A DNA stretch of 64,000 nt from Stegostoma tigrinum (taxonomy: Eukaryota): contig NC_081374.1 in the NCBI RefSeq assembly GCF_030684315.1, positions 30,850,630-30,914,629 on the forward strand, written 5' to 3'. The position numbers and the translations under genes were made by a program. Shown piece by piece: positions 1 through 11,955 of this stretch. The notes beneath the pieces were generated by a model that worked only from the letters and a program-made list of their open reading frames with translations, did no database searches and was not told the origin of the DNA. Every line of letters starts with the position of its first letter. Position 1 is the stretch's first letter.

Positions 1-54
1 CACTTGAGTTCTACACATCAGTCATCTGTTCACTGACATTCAAGGTCCGCCAGT

Positions 55-885
55 TACCAAAGTTAGTGTGAAGTTAGAGCAGGTAATTAAGAAAGGTAAT
101 AAAATGATATTGCTTTTTGGCAAAAGGAATACAATGTAAATGGATGAAGATAATGCTTCAGTTATACGGGGCACTTATGAGGCCAAAATCTGAAGAGCTG
201 AGCAACACTGCATACAGTGGCTAGCACTGCTGCTTTACAGTGCCAGGGTTTGATTCAAAATCAGGTGACTTTGTAGAGTTTGCACTTTCTCCCCACGTCT
301 GCGTGGATTTTCAATGGGTGCTCTGGTTTCCTCCTGCAGCCTAAAGGTACACAAGTGGGATGAACTAAATTGTCCATAGTGTCCAGCAATTTGCATGTTA
401 AGTGAATTAGCCATTGTAAATGCAAGGTTACAGAGATAGTGTAGGGGGTACGGGGTAGGGTCTGATTGGGATGCTCTTTGGAGGGTTGGTGCAGACTTGT
501 TGGGCTGAATGGCCTCTTTCTGCACTGTACTAATATATTTGTCACCTTAATAATGGAGGGAAGTAAACGTGATGGAACCAATTCAGAGTGGGTCGACCAG
601 GCTAATACCCAGAATGGACATGTTGTCTTATAAGGAAAGCTGGCAGGCTAGGTATATGTCTGCTGTGGTGCAGAAGACGAAGGGCTGACATCCTTGAAAT
701 ACAACATCCATAGGGGCCTTGACAAATTTGCTGGATAGAGGATATTTCTTGTTGTGTAAGAATGAACAATAGAGTGTCACCATATGAAAGCATAAGTTTG
801 TCTATTTAAAACTGAGATGAGGTAAAACTTTTTTCTCTCAGATGATCATGGGTCTTTGAAACTTGCTTCCTGAATGTGGTGGAAA
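55..885 (+). mobile_element. Decayed CR1 (HER1-like) LINE 3' fragment, interrupted by a SINE
   Basis: Degenerate CR1 RT C-terminal coding sequence (e.g. atgcttcagttatacggggcacttatgaggcc, like MLQLYxxLVRP) similar to the cleaner copy at 25030-25960; boundaries approximate. Confidence 0.7.
208..530 (+). mobile_element. HE1-like tRNA-derived V-SINE
   Basis: tRNA-like head (cagtggctagcactgctgc), V-domain-like core (gagtttgcactttctccccacgtctgcgtgg), CR1-like tail; similar to the copies at 16807 and 42474. Confidence 0.8.
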
Positions 886-1053
886 CAGAATCCTGTCACT
901 ATGACTTTTTACCTATTGTTATTAAGTAATAAACTGCACCATGTTGACTAAAGCTCATGCCTTGTCATTTACATTCATGAGTGGTTTATCGTCTACTTCT
1001 GTGAATTAGACAGACTCTCAGACGCATCATAGACAGATGATTAAAGGGTTTTT

Positions 1054-1142
1054 GTGGTGCAGTGTTGGCACCCCTGGCCCTGAACCAGGCCATCCAGGTT
1101 CAAGTACCACCCGCTCCAGAGATGTAATAACACTTATTCAAA
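1054..1142 (+). mobile_element. tRNA-derived SINE head fragment
   Basis: A-box-like gtggtgcagtgttggc and B-box-like ggttcaagtacc; no full cloverleaf. Confidence 0.4.
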
Positions 1143-2111
1143 CAGCATAATGATTATAATTTAAAACCTATCAAAATTGCTAATTATATGGATACCGCCA
1201 AAAATGAAATCCAATTGTCCAAGTATACACTAGATCACACTTCAAAGCACTCTCAAATAATATTTATGTGGTAAGTCACCAGTGTGTGTTAGTCATCAGT
1301 AAAGATTTATCCATCACTTAAATGTGTTAAGAATACTTGGAAATTATGATGGGAGCGATTAGATGGGCAATAAATATCCTAAGGATAATGAAAGGACTGC
1401 AAATGTTGATGATTGTCCATGGAATAGTTACATTGCAAGGGATATATGCTTCTTCCAGGCACTCCAAATTGTCCACTCACTTTGTAACAGTGTCACTGGG
1501 TAAATTTAGGAACAGATGTCAAGAATGTTTGCAAAGGGATGATTTTAAGCATGTTATTGCTACCATTAAAGTAGTGGATTGAATTTTGAATTTCACCTTA
1601 CTTTGTTAAGCATTCCTACATAATATTGTCATGTCTTCTGTGGCTAAAAGAGAGTGGCTTCCTTAATTTGTTATTTTCAGTATCATAACAGAAAAATTGA
1701 AGCTTATTGTTTTTACTAATTTGCCCTTCCCTTTAAATATAAGGTGGGCAGAAAGAGGGAATTTGTTGATGCTGCTCCGCATCAATTGTAAATTTACACT
1801 AAGAACTTAGGATCTACAATGGTATATTCAAATAAAATGTGATATTTCATAGGGTATTATCATTTTATTATGAACCACTAAATCCACACCTCTCCCTGGC
1901 CACTTGTTGTGACTGTACCAGCTCTTTACAGCTTGAGCAATGAAGTTGACCTGAAGATGACCTTCTGACTACAAATTCACTCGATCACCAAAATAACACA
2001 CTTGAATCTCTGGGATAATGGGAACTGCAGATGCTGGAGAATTCCAAGATAATAAAATGTGAGGCTGGATGAACACAGCAGGCCAAGCAGCATCTCAGGA
2101 GCACAAAAGCT

Positions 2112-2139
2112 GACGTTTCGGGCCTGGACCCTTCATCAG
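2112..2139 (-). ncRNA. Minimal type I hammerhead ribozyme motif (Neptune pLTR)
   Basis: Reverse complement reads CTGATGA-A-GGGTCCAGGCCC-GAAA-CG-TC. Confidence 0.8.
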
Positions 2140-2387
2140 AGAGGGGGATGGGGAGAGGGAATTGGGATAAATAGGGAGAGAGGGGGAGGCGGACCGAAGA
2201 TGGAGAGTAAAGAAGATAGGTGGAGAGAGTATAGGTGGGGAGGTAGGGAGGGGATAGGTCAGTCCAGGGAAGACGGACAGGTCAAGGAGGTGGGATGAGG
2301 TTAGTAGGTAGATGGGGGTGCGGCTTGGGGTGGGAGGAAGGGATGGGTGAGAGGAAGAACCGGTTAGGGAGGCAGAGACAGGTTGGA

Positions 2388-3630
2388 CTAGTTTTGGGAT
2401 GCAGTGGGTTGGGGGGAAGAGCTGGGCTGGTTGTGTGGTGCAGTGGGGGGAGGGGACGAACTGGGCTGGTTTAGGGATGCAGTAGGGGAAGGGGAGATTT
2501 TGAAACTGGTGAAGTCCACATTGATACCATTAGGCTGCAGGGTTCCCAGGCGGAATATGAGTTGCTGTTCCTGCAACCTTCGGGTGGCATCATTGTGGCA
2601 GTGCAGGAGGCCCATGATGCACATGTCATTTAGAGAATGGGAGGGGGAGTGGAAATGGTTTGCGACTGGCAGGTGCAGTTGTTTGTTGTGAACTGAGCGG
2701 AGGTGTTCTGCAAAGCGGTCTCCAAGCCTCTGCTTGGTTTCCCCAATGTAGAGGAAGCCACACCGGGTACAGTGGATGCAGTATACCACATTGGCAGATG
2801 TGCAGGTGAACCTCTGCTTAATGTGGAATGTCATCTTGGGGCCTGGGATAGGGGTGAGGGAGGAGGTGTGGGGGCAAGTGTAGCATTTCCTGCGGTTGCA
2901 GGGGAAGGTGCCGGGTGTGGTGGGGTTGGAGGGCAGTGTGGAGCGAACAAGGGAGTCATGGAGACAGTGGTCTCTCCGGAAAGCAGACAGGGGTGGGGAT
3001 GGAAAAATGTCTTGGGTGGTGGGGTCGGATTGCAAATGGCGAAAGTGTCGGAGGATGATGCGTTGTATCCGGAGGTTGGTAGGGTGGTGTGTGAGAACGA
3101 GGGGGATCCTCTTAGGGCGGTTGTGGCGGGGGCGGGGTGTGAGGGATATGTTGTGGGAAATACGGGAGACGCGGTCAAGGGTGTTCTCGATCACTTTGGG
3201 GGGAAAGTTGCGGTCCTTAAAGAACTAGGATATCTGGGATGTGCGGGAGTGGAATGTCTTATCGTGGGAGCAGATGCGGCGGAGGCGGAGGAATTGGGAA
3301 TAGGGGATGGAATTTTTGCAGGAGGTTGGGTGGGAGGAGGTGTATTCTAGGTAGCTGTGGGAGCCGGTGGGCTTGAAATGGACTTCAGTTACAAGCTGGT
3401 TGCCTGAGATGGAGACTGAGAGGTCCAGGAAGGTGAGGGATGTGCTGAAGATGGCCCAGGTGAACTGAAGGTTGGGGTGGAAGGTGTTGGTGAAGTGGAT
3501 GAACTGTTCAAGCTCCTCTGGGGAGCAAGAGGCGGTGCCGATACAGTCATAACCTACAAAGAGGCAGGCATAGCTGGGGTCCATGCGGGTGCCCATGGCC
3601 ACCCCCTTAGTCTGTAGGAAGTGGGAGGAA
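2388..3630 (-). pseudogene. Second, inverted truncated PLE RT/GIY-YIG ORF
   Basis: ORFs 3225-3638 and 2388-3194 match the plus arm; premature stop; 22-aa in-frame deletion that removes most of YIDD. Confidence 0.9.
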
Positions 3631-5034
3631 CTCCCCACCTACGTCCATGACACCACCCACGGCCTCCACCTCCTCCAAGACTTCCAATTCCCTGGCCCCC
3701 TACACCTCATATTCACCATGGACGTCCAGTCCCTATACACCTGCATTCCGCATGCAGATGGCCTCAAGGCCCTCCGCTTCTTCCTGTCCCGCAGGCCCGA
3801 CAAGTCCCCCTCCACCGACACTCTCATCCACCTAGCTGAACTCGTCCTCACCCTCAACAACTTCTCTTTTGACTCCTCCCACTTCCTACAGACTAAGGGG
3901 GTGGCCATGGGCACCCGCATGGGCCCCAGCTATGCCTGCCTCTTTGTAGGTTACGTGGAACAGTCCCTCTTCCGCACCTACACAGGCCCCAAACCCCACC
4001 TCTTCCTCCAGTACATTGATGACTGTATCGGCGCCGCCTCTTGCTACCTAGAATACACCTCCTCCCACTCACCCTCCTGCAAAAATTCCATCCCCTATTC
4101 CCAATTCCTCCGCCTCCGCCGCATCTGCTCCCACGATAAGACATTCCACTCCCGCACATCCCAGATGTCCAAGTTCTTCAAGGACCGCAAATTTCCCCCA
4201 ACAGTGATCGAGAACGCCCTTGACCGCGTCTCCCGTATTTCCCACAACATATCCCTCACACCCCGCCCCCGCCACAACCGCCCTAAGAAGATCCCCCTCG
4301 TTCTCACACACCACCCTACCAACCTCCGGATACAACGCATCATTCTCCGACACTTTCGCCATTTACAATCCGACCCCACCACCCAAGACATTTTTCCATC
4401 CCCACCCCTGTCTGCTTTCGGGAGAGACCACTGTCTCCGTGACTCCCTTGTTCGCTCCACACTGCCCTCCAACCCCACCACACCTGGCACCTTCCCCTGC
4501 AACCGCAGGAAATGCTACACTTGCCCCCACACCTCCTCCCTCACCCCTATCCCAGGCCCCAAGATGACATTCCACATTAAGCAGAGGTTCACCTGCACAT
4601 CTGCCAATGTGGTATACTGCATCCATTGTACCCGGTGCGGCTTCCTCTACATTGGGGAAACCAAGCGGAGGCTTGGAGACCGCTTTGCAGAACACCTCTG
4701 CTCAGTTCGCAACAAACAACCGCACCTGCCAGTCGCAAACCATTTCCACTCCCCCTCCCATTCTCTAGATGACATGTCCATCATGGGCCTCCTGCACTGC
4801 CACAATGATGCCACCCGAAGGTTGCAGGAACAGCAACTAATATTCCGCCTGGGAATCCTGCAGCCTAATGATATCAATGTGGACTTCACCAGTTTCAAAA
4901 TCTCCCCTTCCCCTACTGCATCCCTAAACCAGCCCAGTTCGTCCCCTCCCCCCACTGCACCACACAACCATCCCAGCTCTTCTCCCCCACCCAATGCATC
5001 CCAAAACCAGTCCAACCTGTCTCTGCCTCCCTAA
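3628..5034 (+). pseudogene. 5'-truncated PLE ORF: RT (TMDVQSLYT, GVAMGTRMGPSYA, YIDD), Cys linker (PCNRRKCYTC) and GIY-YIG endonuclease (VVYCIHCTRCGFLYIGET)
   Basis: ORF 3583-5034; its first ~15 aa are read-through from the inverted arm; 57-aa in-frame deletion after YIDD relative to the other arm. Confidence 0.92.
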
Positions 5035-5258
5035 CCGGTTCTTCCTCTCACCCATCCCTTCCTCCCACCCCAAGCCGCACCCCCATCTACCTACTAACCT
5101 CATCCCACCTCCTTGACCTGTCCGTCTTCCCTGGACTGACCTATCCCCTCCCTATCTCCCCACCTATACTCTCTCCACCTATCTTCTTTACTCTCCATCT
5201 TCGGTCCGCCTCCCCCTCTCTCCCTATTTATTCCAGTTCCCTCTCCCCAACCCCCTCT

Positions 5259-5286
5259 CTGATGAAGGGTCCAGGCCCGAAACGTC
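5259..5286 (+). ncRNA. Minimal type I hammerhead ribozyme motif (Neptune pLTR)
   Basis: CTGATGA core, stem II GGG..CCC, GAAA, palindromic ACGT helix III, GTC cleavage triplet ending at 5286; HHRs are established PLE components. Confidence 0.8.
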
Positions 5287-6559
5287 AGCTTTTGTGCTCC
5301 TGAGATGCTGCTTGGCCTGCTGTGTTCATCCAGCCTCACATACACTTGAATCTCTGTCAGCCTCTCATGATCTGAGCAAGGTCATAATTTGCTTTTAAAG
5401 TAGATTTTGTTTTTTTTAAATGGGCATTGTTGGATTAATTATGATTGCTTCCAGTCACATGAATTTTGTCAGAAAGCTACAGTTCAATAAACCTCTTATT
5501 GTATAATTACAAAGGACAAAGATAAAGCCACGATCCTCCTGGAATTTCACACCTGCTATTAGTTGGACTTCATAGCCAACAAACACAAAGATAAGTAAAG
5601 GGTTTGTCTGCTGAGTGGAGGCCTGATACAAAAAGAAGCTCGTGAAATTCATTATGCCTAAAGTGATGCAAATGGCTCAACAATTATCTTATACAATGAG
5701 CAGTAAGTTTTTGACCAGGGCATAGAAACTGCTCATTAAATTGAAATGGAATTATCCAGGAGCAGTCATATGAGCAATACTCGTTCAGTCTCTGGAGTGA
5801 TTAATTGCAATCTCTGGACCCCATTGCATTATTGTTTCAAAAATCTAATCTCATGCTAACAGTCTGCTAAGAAGCAAAGACTTGCTGACATCAATTCTGC
5901 CTCCAAAAAAAATAAAACCTTCAAGTGAAACTTGATTCCAGGCTGACAAACTCTGCCTCAGGTATAATTTTTTTTGAAACATGGTTTCAGAATAAAACTC
6001 ATATTCATCTGTAAACTAAACTATGTCTGTACACTGATCTCATCTTGCTCGGCCTGCACTAAGTTAAAAATGAGTTCTGTGACTTCAACAAAATACTTGA
6101 ATGGAAATGAATCCTCACCTGGACGCTGACTTTCTGAACTCAGACAAAAAAAAATGAATTAACGTTTGTATCTTTGATGATTGCTTTATTTTCAGTTGGC
6201 CTGCGTGTTTTCTTTGTTACAATCATCCCCTGCATTTCAAAGCCTGATTTAACCTGAAAGAGAGGTTTCTGAAGAGTCAGTTTTAAAAATTGAACATCAC
6301 AAATAGGACATTTGTCAGAACATGTTACAGTCTATTTTAGAGGGAAGAGTAGGAAAATGAGCAAACATCTCAAATCATGGACCAAAGACAAAGAAGATCA
6401 ATGAAATAATTCAATTTACTTCTCTCACATGTCTGTAACAATCTCCCAGGCATTGTCTGTGTGCACCCTGCTTCAGTTCAACTGTCACTGACACCCTCAT
6501 CCATGTGCTTCTTACCTAGGTTTCAACCATTGCAAAGCTGTCCTCACTGGCTTTTCATT

Positions 6560-7725
6560 TTCTATTCTGATAAATTTATGGTCATCCAAAACGCTGTTGT
6601 CCATGTCATTACTCATATAATGATCTGTTCACCCACTATCCATTGTGCTCACTGACGCCCACATTAGCAACACCTCAATTTTCCAGTGCTCTCCTTATTT
6701 TCAAATCCCTCTGGCATCAACCCTCCACATCTCTGATGTTTTACAGCTTACAAGCCACTGAAATCTATGTGCTCCTCCAATTCTGACACTTGGACAGATG
6801 AATTTTAATCAATTTTAGAGCTCGGTTCATGACAAACGACTACACCTCCCAGTCACAAACCACTACAACTCCTCCTCCCACTCCTTGGACGACGTGTCCA
6901 TCCTGGCCCTTCTCCAGTGCCACAATGATGCCACTCGAAGGCTGGAGGGACAGCACCTCATATTCTGTTTGGGAACCCTGCAGCCCACTGGTCTCAATGT
7001 GAACTTCACAAGCTTCAGAATCTCCCCGTCCCCAATCTCATCTTAAGACCAGCCCATCTCGTCCCCGCCTCCTTGACCTGCCCGTCTTTTCTCCCACCTA
7101 TCTGCTCCTCCCACCTCACTGACCAAACTGCGACCCCACTTCCTACCTACTGGCCTCATCCCCGCCTCCTTGACCTGTCTGTCTTCCCTCCCACCTACCC
7201 ACGCCCCTCCGTCCTCACTGACCAACCCCCGCAACAATTCCCTACCTACACTCACCTTTATTGGCTTTATCCTCACCTCCTTGACCTGTCCGTCTTCTCT
7301 CCACCTATCTGTTCCTCTATCCACCTTCTTTCATCACTTCCCCTTCTCTGTATTCATTTCAAAGTCCCTTTCCCCTCCTTCAAGACCTGAAACGTCAGCT
7401 TTCCTGCTCCTCTGATGCTGCTTGGTCTGCTGTGTTCATCCAGCTCGACACCTCGTTATCACAGATTCTCCAGCATCTGCAGTTTCTACTATCTCTGAAT
7501 TTTAATCGCACCATTTTCAGAGCTGTGCCTTCAGCTGTACAGATGCTAAATTCTGGAATTCCCTGCTGCCTCATTATTCCTCCTCCAACCCTTTAAGATT
7601 TTTCAAAAACTTATATCTTTAGCTAAACATTTGGCTATTTGTTCTAATGTCCTCTCATATGAATTGATGTCAAATGTTGTTGATAATTCTCCTGTAAAGT
7701 ATATTGGGACATGTTGTGATGTTAA
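6560..7725 (+). mobile_element. Old L2-type LINE 3' fragment split by a PLE
   Basis: L2-like 3' sequence (ccaaaacgctgttgtccatgtc...gccttcagctg...ctggaattccctg) is continuous across the insertion; similar relic at 35120-36330. Confidence 0.6.
6811..7495 (+). mobile_element. Neptune PLE 3' fragment (end of GIY-YIG, C-rich UTR, pLTR, tail)
   Basis: Homologous to 4730-5340; 12-bp TSD TGAATTTTAATC at 6799-6810 and 7496-7507. Confidence 0.88.
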
Positions 7726-7734
7726 AGGTCCCAC

Positions 7735-9310
7735 ATTCTGGCAATAGCACTGAAGAAGCGTGCTCCAGAAATTTTCACTTCCCTAGCCGAGCTCTTCCAG
7801 TACAGTCATAAAACTGGCATCTACCTGACAATGTGGAAATTTGTCCAGTTATGTCCTGTACACAGAAAAGAGGAGAAATTCAATCATTACAGCCTTGGTT
7901 CAAATACGGATAAAAGTGCTAAATTCCACAGATGAGATGAGAGTGACAGCCCTTGGCATCAAGGCTGCATTCAACCGAGTGTGGCATCAAGCAGCCTGAA
8001 CAAAACTGGAATCAGTGGGCAAAGCGGGGAGCAAAATATCTCCTGGTTGGAGTCATACCTGGCACATATGAAGATGGTTGTGTTTGTTTGGAAATCAGCG
8101 ATCTCAGCTTCAGGACATCTCTGCAGGAGTTCCTCAGGGTGGTGTCCGAGACCTAACTACATTCAACTGCTTTATCAATGACCTACTCTCTATCATAGAG
8201 TTGCAAGTGGGGATTTTTGCTGATGATTGCACAATGTTCAGCACCATTCACAAATTCTCAGATACTGAATTAATCCATATTCAAATGCAATAAGATCTGG
8301 TCAATATCCAAGCCTGGACCAATAATTCACAAATTACATTCGCTCCACACAAATGCGAGGCAATGATCGTCGCCAATAAGAGACAATATAACCATAACTA
8401 TTACCATCACTGAATCCCGTGCTATCAATATCCTTGGAGTTACCATGAACCAGAATCTCAACTGTCCTCACCACATAAATGCATTGGCTACAAGAGCAGG
8501 TCAGAAGGTAAGAATACTGTGATGAGTATCTCACCTCCTAACTCCCCACACCCTGTTCACTATCTACAAGGCACAAGTCAGGAGTGTAACAGAATTTTGC
8601 CCACTTATCTGGATATGTGCAGCCTCAACAACACTCACGAAGCTTAACGCCATCCAGGGCAGAGCAGCCTGCTTAATTGGCACTACATGCACGAGCATCC
8701 ACTCCTTCCACCACTGACAAACAGTCACAGGAGTGTGTATTATCTGCAATATGCACTATAGAAAGGTCCTTAGATGGCATGTTCCAAACCCATGACCACT
8801 TTCATATAGAAGGACAAGGGCAACCAATACATTGGGAACACTAACACCTATAAGGTCCCCTCCAAGCTACTCACCACCCTGACTTGTTAACATATTATTA
8901 TTCCTTCAAAATCTTAGAATTCCCTCACTAGGGACATTGTGGATTTACCTAGAGCACAGGGACTGCAGTGGTTCAACAACAGAAATCACACAACACCAGG
9001 TTATAGCCCAACAGGTTTATTTGAAAACACAAGCTTTCAGAGCTTCACTCCTTCTCCAGGTGTTAATGAGGTGGTATCAGACAAAGAATTTTTCAGTAAA
9101 AGACCAAAGGGTCACACTACTGATGAGGGTGTTTTAAATAAACCTAAGATGCTGTTAAACCGAAAAATAAAGGTTTTATCAGTGTGAAATAGAGGTGATA
9201 TTTTAGGTCAAGAAGGCAGCTCACTATCACTTTCTCAAGGGCAACCAGAAGCAGGCAATTAATGCTGACCAGCCAGCAATGTCCACGTCCCATGAATGAA
9301 TATATAAAAA
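7735..9310 (+). mobile_element. Decayed CR1-group LINE (family B), RT region and 3' end
   Basis: ORF 8078-8293 has GVPQG..FNCFINDL..IFADD; tail ends ccatgaatgaatatataaaaa. Confidence 0.85.
8972..9190 (-). mobile_element. Terminal fragment of a third PLE-like family inserted in the LINE
   Basis: Reverse complement contains a degenerate HHR (cac-CTGGAGA-aggag..ctct-GAAA-gctt-gtg) followed by aataaacctgttgg; LINE sequence resumes after it. Confidence 0.55.
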
Positions 9311-9679
9311 ACATGCAAGTTGTTATTGTGCTATATCTGGAAAAAATCATTTTGAGCCTAACAAACAAGACTTGAAAAGCAATTGAGAAAACCTATTGCT
9401 ATGGACATGATAAATATGTTCAATTAATAGGTAGACAGCTCAAAAGAGGTAAAATAAAAGCACATTTGGTACCAACATAATTCAGACTATTATAACAAAC
9501 ACATTGGCATGGTTACATGGTAATTCAGTAAACAGAAAGACAAGAAGGAAAATTTATTATGTTTAATACCTTACTTGAGGAAATGAATTAATGTGAAATT
9601 TTAGTGCTTCACAAAAGACATTCCCTTCTTCAAGATCATCTTTCCATGGATGACATGATAAACTACAACAATTGAATGC

Positions 9680-10312
9680 TGAAACTAGAATTGCTAGAGA
9701 ACATTAGTAGGTCCGGCAATATTTGTGGACAGAAAAGAGTGTTAACATTTCACATCCAGTGATCCTTCTTTAGAATTAGTAGTAGCTAGGAAAAGGTGGT
9801 ATATATGCTGAAGACAGGGGGCTGGTGTCAGGTATAAGTGAATACATGGAGATGGAACTCAGAGAGAGAAAGACAGTTCGGCAGACAAAGGAATAGACAA
9901 TGGTAAGCCAAGGAGAAAGAATGTTGAAACTGTGAACCATAAGCAGAAAATTAGCTCTGCTGAAAACAGCCCATGTCGTAATAGGGTCTGACGTTGAGGA
10001 TGGGTAAAACAAGGTATTTACATTCTACAATTATCAATGTTTTAGTCTTGAAGGCTATAGAATCCTAAGTAGCAAATTAGAATCTCATTTTAGCTCTCTC
10101 CCTGGACTCCATCTTCAACCATCCTTTCCTTCCCACCCCCGTCCCATCTTTAGCATACATTCCTCTTTTTCCTAGCTATTAATAGCTCTGAAGAAGGGTC
10201 ACTGGGCCCAAAACTTCAAGCCTACTATCTCTCCACAGATGCTGCTAGACCTGCTGAGTTTCTCCAGTAATTTCTATTGTTTCAGGTTTCCACCATCCGC
10301 AGTACTTTGTTT
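9680..10312. mobile_element. Old PLE family fold-back insertion
   Basis: Inverted pLTR arms (9680-9775 vs 10185-10280); CTGAAGA-agggtc..ccc degenerate HHR; tail on the right arm only. Confidence 0.7.
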
Positions 10313-11109
10313 TAATTTTAGTTTTGTTTGTTTTAAGAAAATGCTGTAGCAGGATCTTCCCCTGATAGCACAACGACAGTGCGTTAAAATTCCTCAGGAA
10401 GGACAACATACAATGGAATATAATTCTGTGATGGCAAACCCAACTTAAAAGTGCAAAGGGACTTGCTGAGCTTCCTGTGCACTTTATAACTTGAAGTTAA
10501 GTTTAGCAAAATGATTTCAGTGATGGGCACTCTTGCCTACATGTTCAATGCAGCTTTGGGGAGCTGAGCAATTCTGAGCAGAAGTGCAGCAGGCCTCTTT
10601 CCTATCCAGTTATAGTTCAATACTTTAACTCTCAAATTGAAATTGAGTGCTGGAAAATGACCTCAGCTTTAACGGTGGTGGTATATTTACTTCAATTCAA
10701 TGTCAGTTCTAAAAATAAAAGAAAGTTCAATATTTTAAGCAATGTGCCATTATGATACATTTGTAATACAAGATTAGAAGTAACATTAATCACATAAACT
10801 AATGGATCAGCTGCATTCCTGAAACACTTTCCAGTGCTTTGAATTCCATTGCACAGTGCTGAACAATGTCAAATAAATGTTATTTCTCTTCATCACAGAC
10901 TTACACTCTTATAGGATTAAAACAGATCAGGCTTCTGTCCTGCACCTCAAAAAAATAATTACTTTAGAGTTATGTAGTCTTATATTCATTAGAATCTCAT
11001 GAGGGCTTTTATCTGAATATAAGCTGTATTACTAGTAAAATATTACTTAGAATATTCATTACTACGCTCTAAGTAGTACAGTAGTGTGAGCAAATAACTA
11101 TAGATATAT

Positions 11110-11470
11110 CAAGATAACACAGTGTGGAGCTGGAGGAGCACAGCAGGCCAGGCAGCATCACAGGAGCAAGAAAGTTGACATTTTGGGTCTGGACCATTCT
11201 TCAGAATTCTTTGATAATACAATGTGAGGCTGGATGAACACAGCAGGCCAAGCAGCATTGTGCTCCTGAGATGCTGCTTGGCCTGCTGTGTTCATCCAGC
11301 CTCACATTGTATTATCTTGGAATTCTCCAGCATCTGCAGTTCCCATTATCTCTTCAGAATTCTTTCTTCAGTCAACTTTTCTGCTCCCCTAATGCTGCCT
11401 GGCCCGCTGTTCTCTTCCAGCTCTATACTGTGTTAACTCTGACTCCAGCATCAGCAGTTCTCACTATCTC
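11110..11470. mobile_element. Older PLE mini fold-back containing a nested younger mini fold-back
   Basis: Outer arms ~11110-11205 and ~11370-11470 are inverted pLTR copies, with the tail on the right. Confidence 0.8.
11213..11352 (+). mobile_element. Young PLE mini fold-back (hairpin plus tail)
   Basis: Apparently perfect ~45-bp inverted arms; TSD TCTTCAGAATTCTTT at 11198-11212 and 11351-11365. Confidence 0.9.
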
Positions 11471-11479
11471 AACCCCCTT

Positions 11480-11660
11480 CTTAATATTATTAATATGTGA
11501 TGTGGGTATTTCTGGCTTAACCAGGTTTATTAACCATCCCTACCTGTGCTTGATAAGATGTTGACAAGAAATATTTCTTGAATCACTGTATCTTATGTGG
11601 TGAAAGAGTACTGTTAAAAAGGGAGCTCCTGGATTTTGAATTAGTGACACAAGGTATGAT
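11480..11660 (-). mobile_element. Family B LINE 3' tail relic
   Basis: Reverse complement resembles the tail at 9210-9310. Confidence 0.5.
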
Positions 11661-11955
11661 TATTCAATCAAGAGAAAGAAATTTGTTTGAAATGGCTCAA
11701 CTAATACTGACTACTTATGGGCCACCACTCTGCCATAAGGATTTTTCACACAACAGGGAGACTAGCACTGTGTTTCCATGTTGCTAACTACTTCTTTGCA
11801 ACATTGTAGCCTTGTGAAGGTCCTTAACTCCTGTTCAGAGACTTGGAGATCTTGGAGGCTGTGCCCTACAATCTTTCCCACTCTCCTCAGGTAATTTTCG
11901 TAAACCATGTTTTCCTCTGATTTGCCCTGCTGATCCTCCCTCACTGAGACCAGAC

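Larger units (their letters stand above)
2013..5341. mobile_element. Young Neptune-type Penelope-like element, fold-back insertion (minus arm ~2013-3630, plus arm ~3626-5341)
   Basis: Two near-identical inverted arms with 3' ends outward; 15-bp TSD ACACTTGAATCTCTG at 1998-2012 and 5342-5356; junction microhomology AGGA(A) at ~3626-3630; the terminal tail is present only on the left arm. Confidence 0.95.

Noticed and set aside
2404-5015. Many overlapping 90-215 aa ORFs in alternative and antisense frames
   Set aside because: Shadows of the GC-rich PLE ORF, recurring in each copy.
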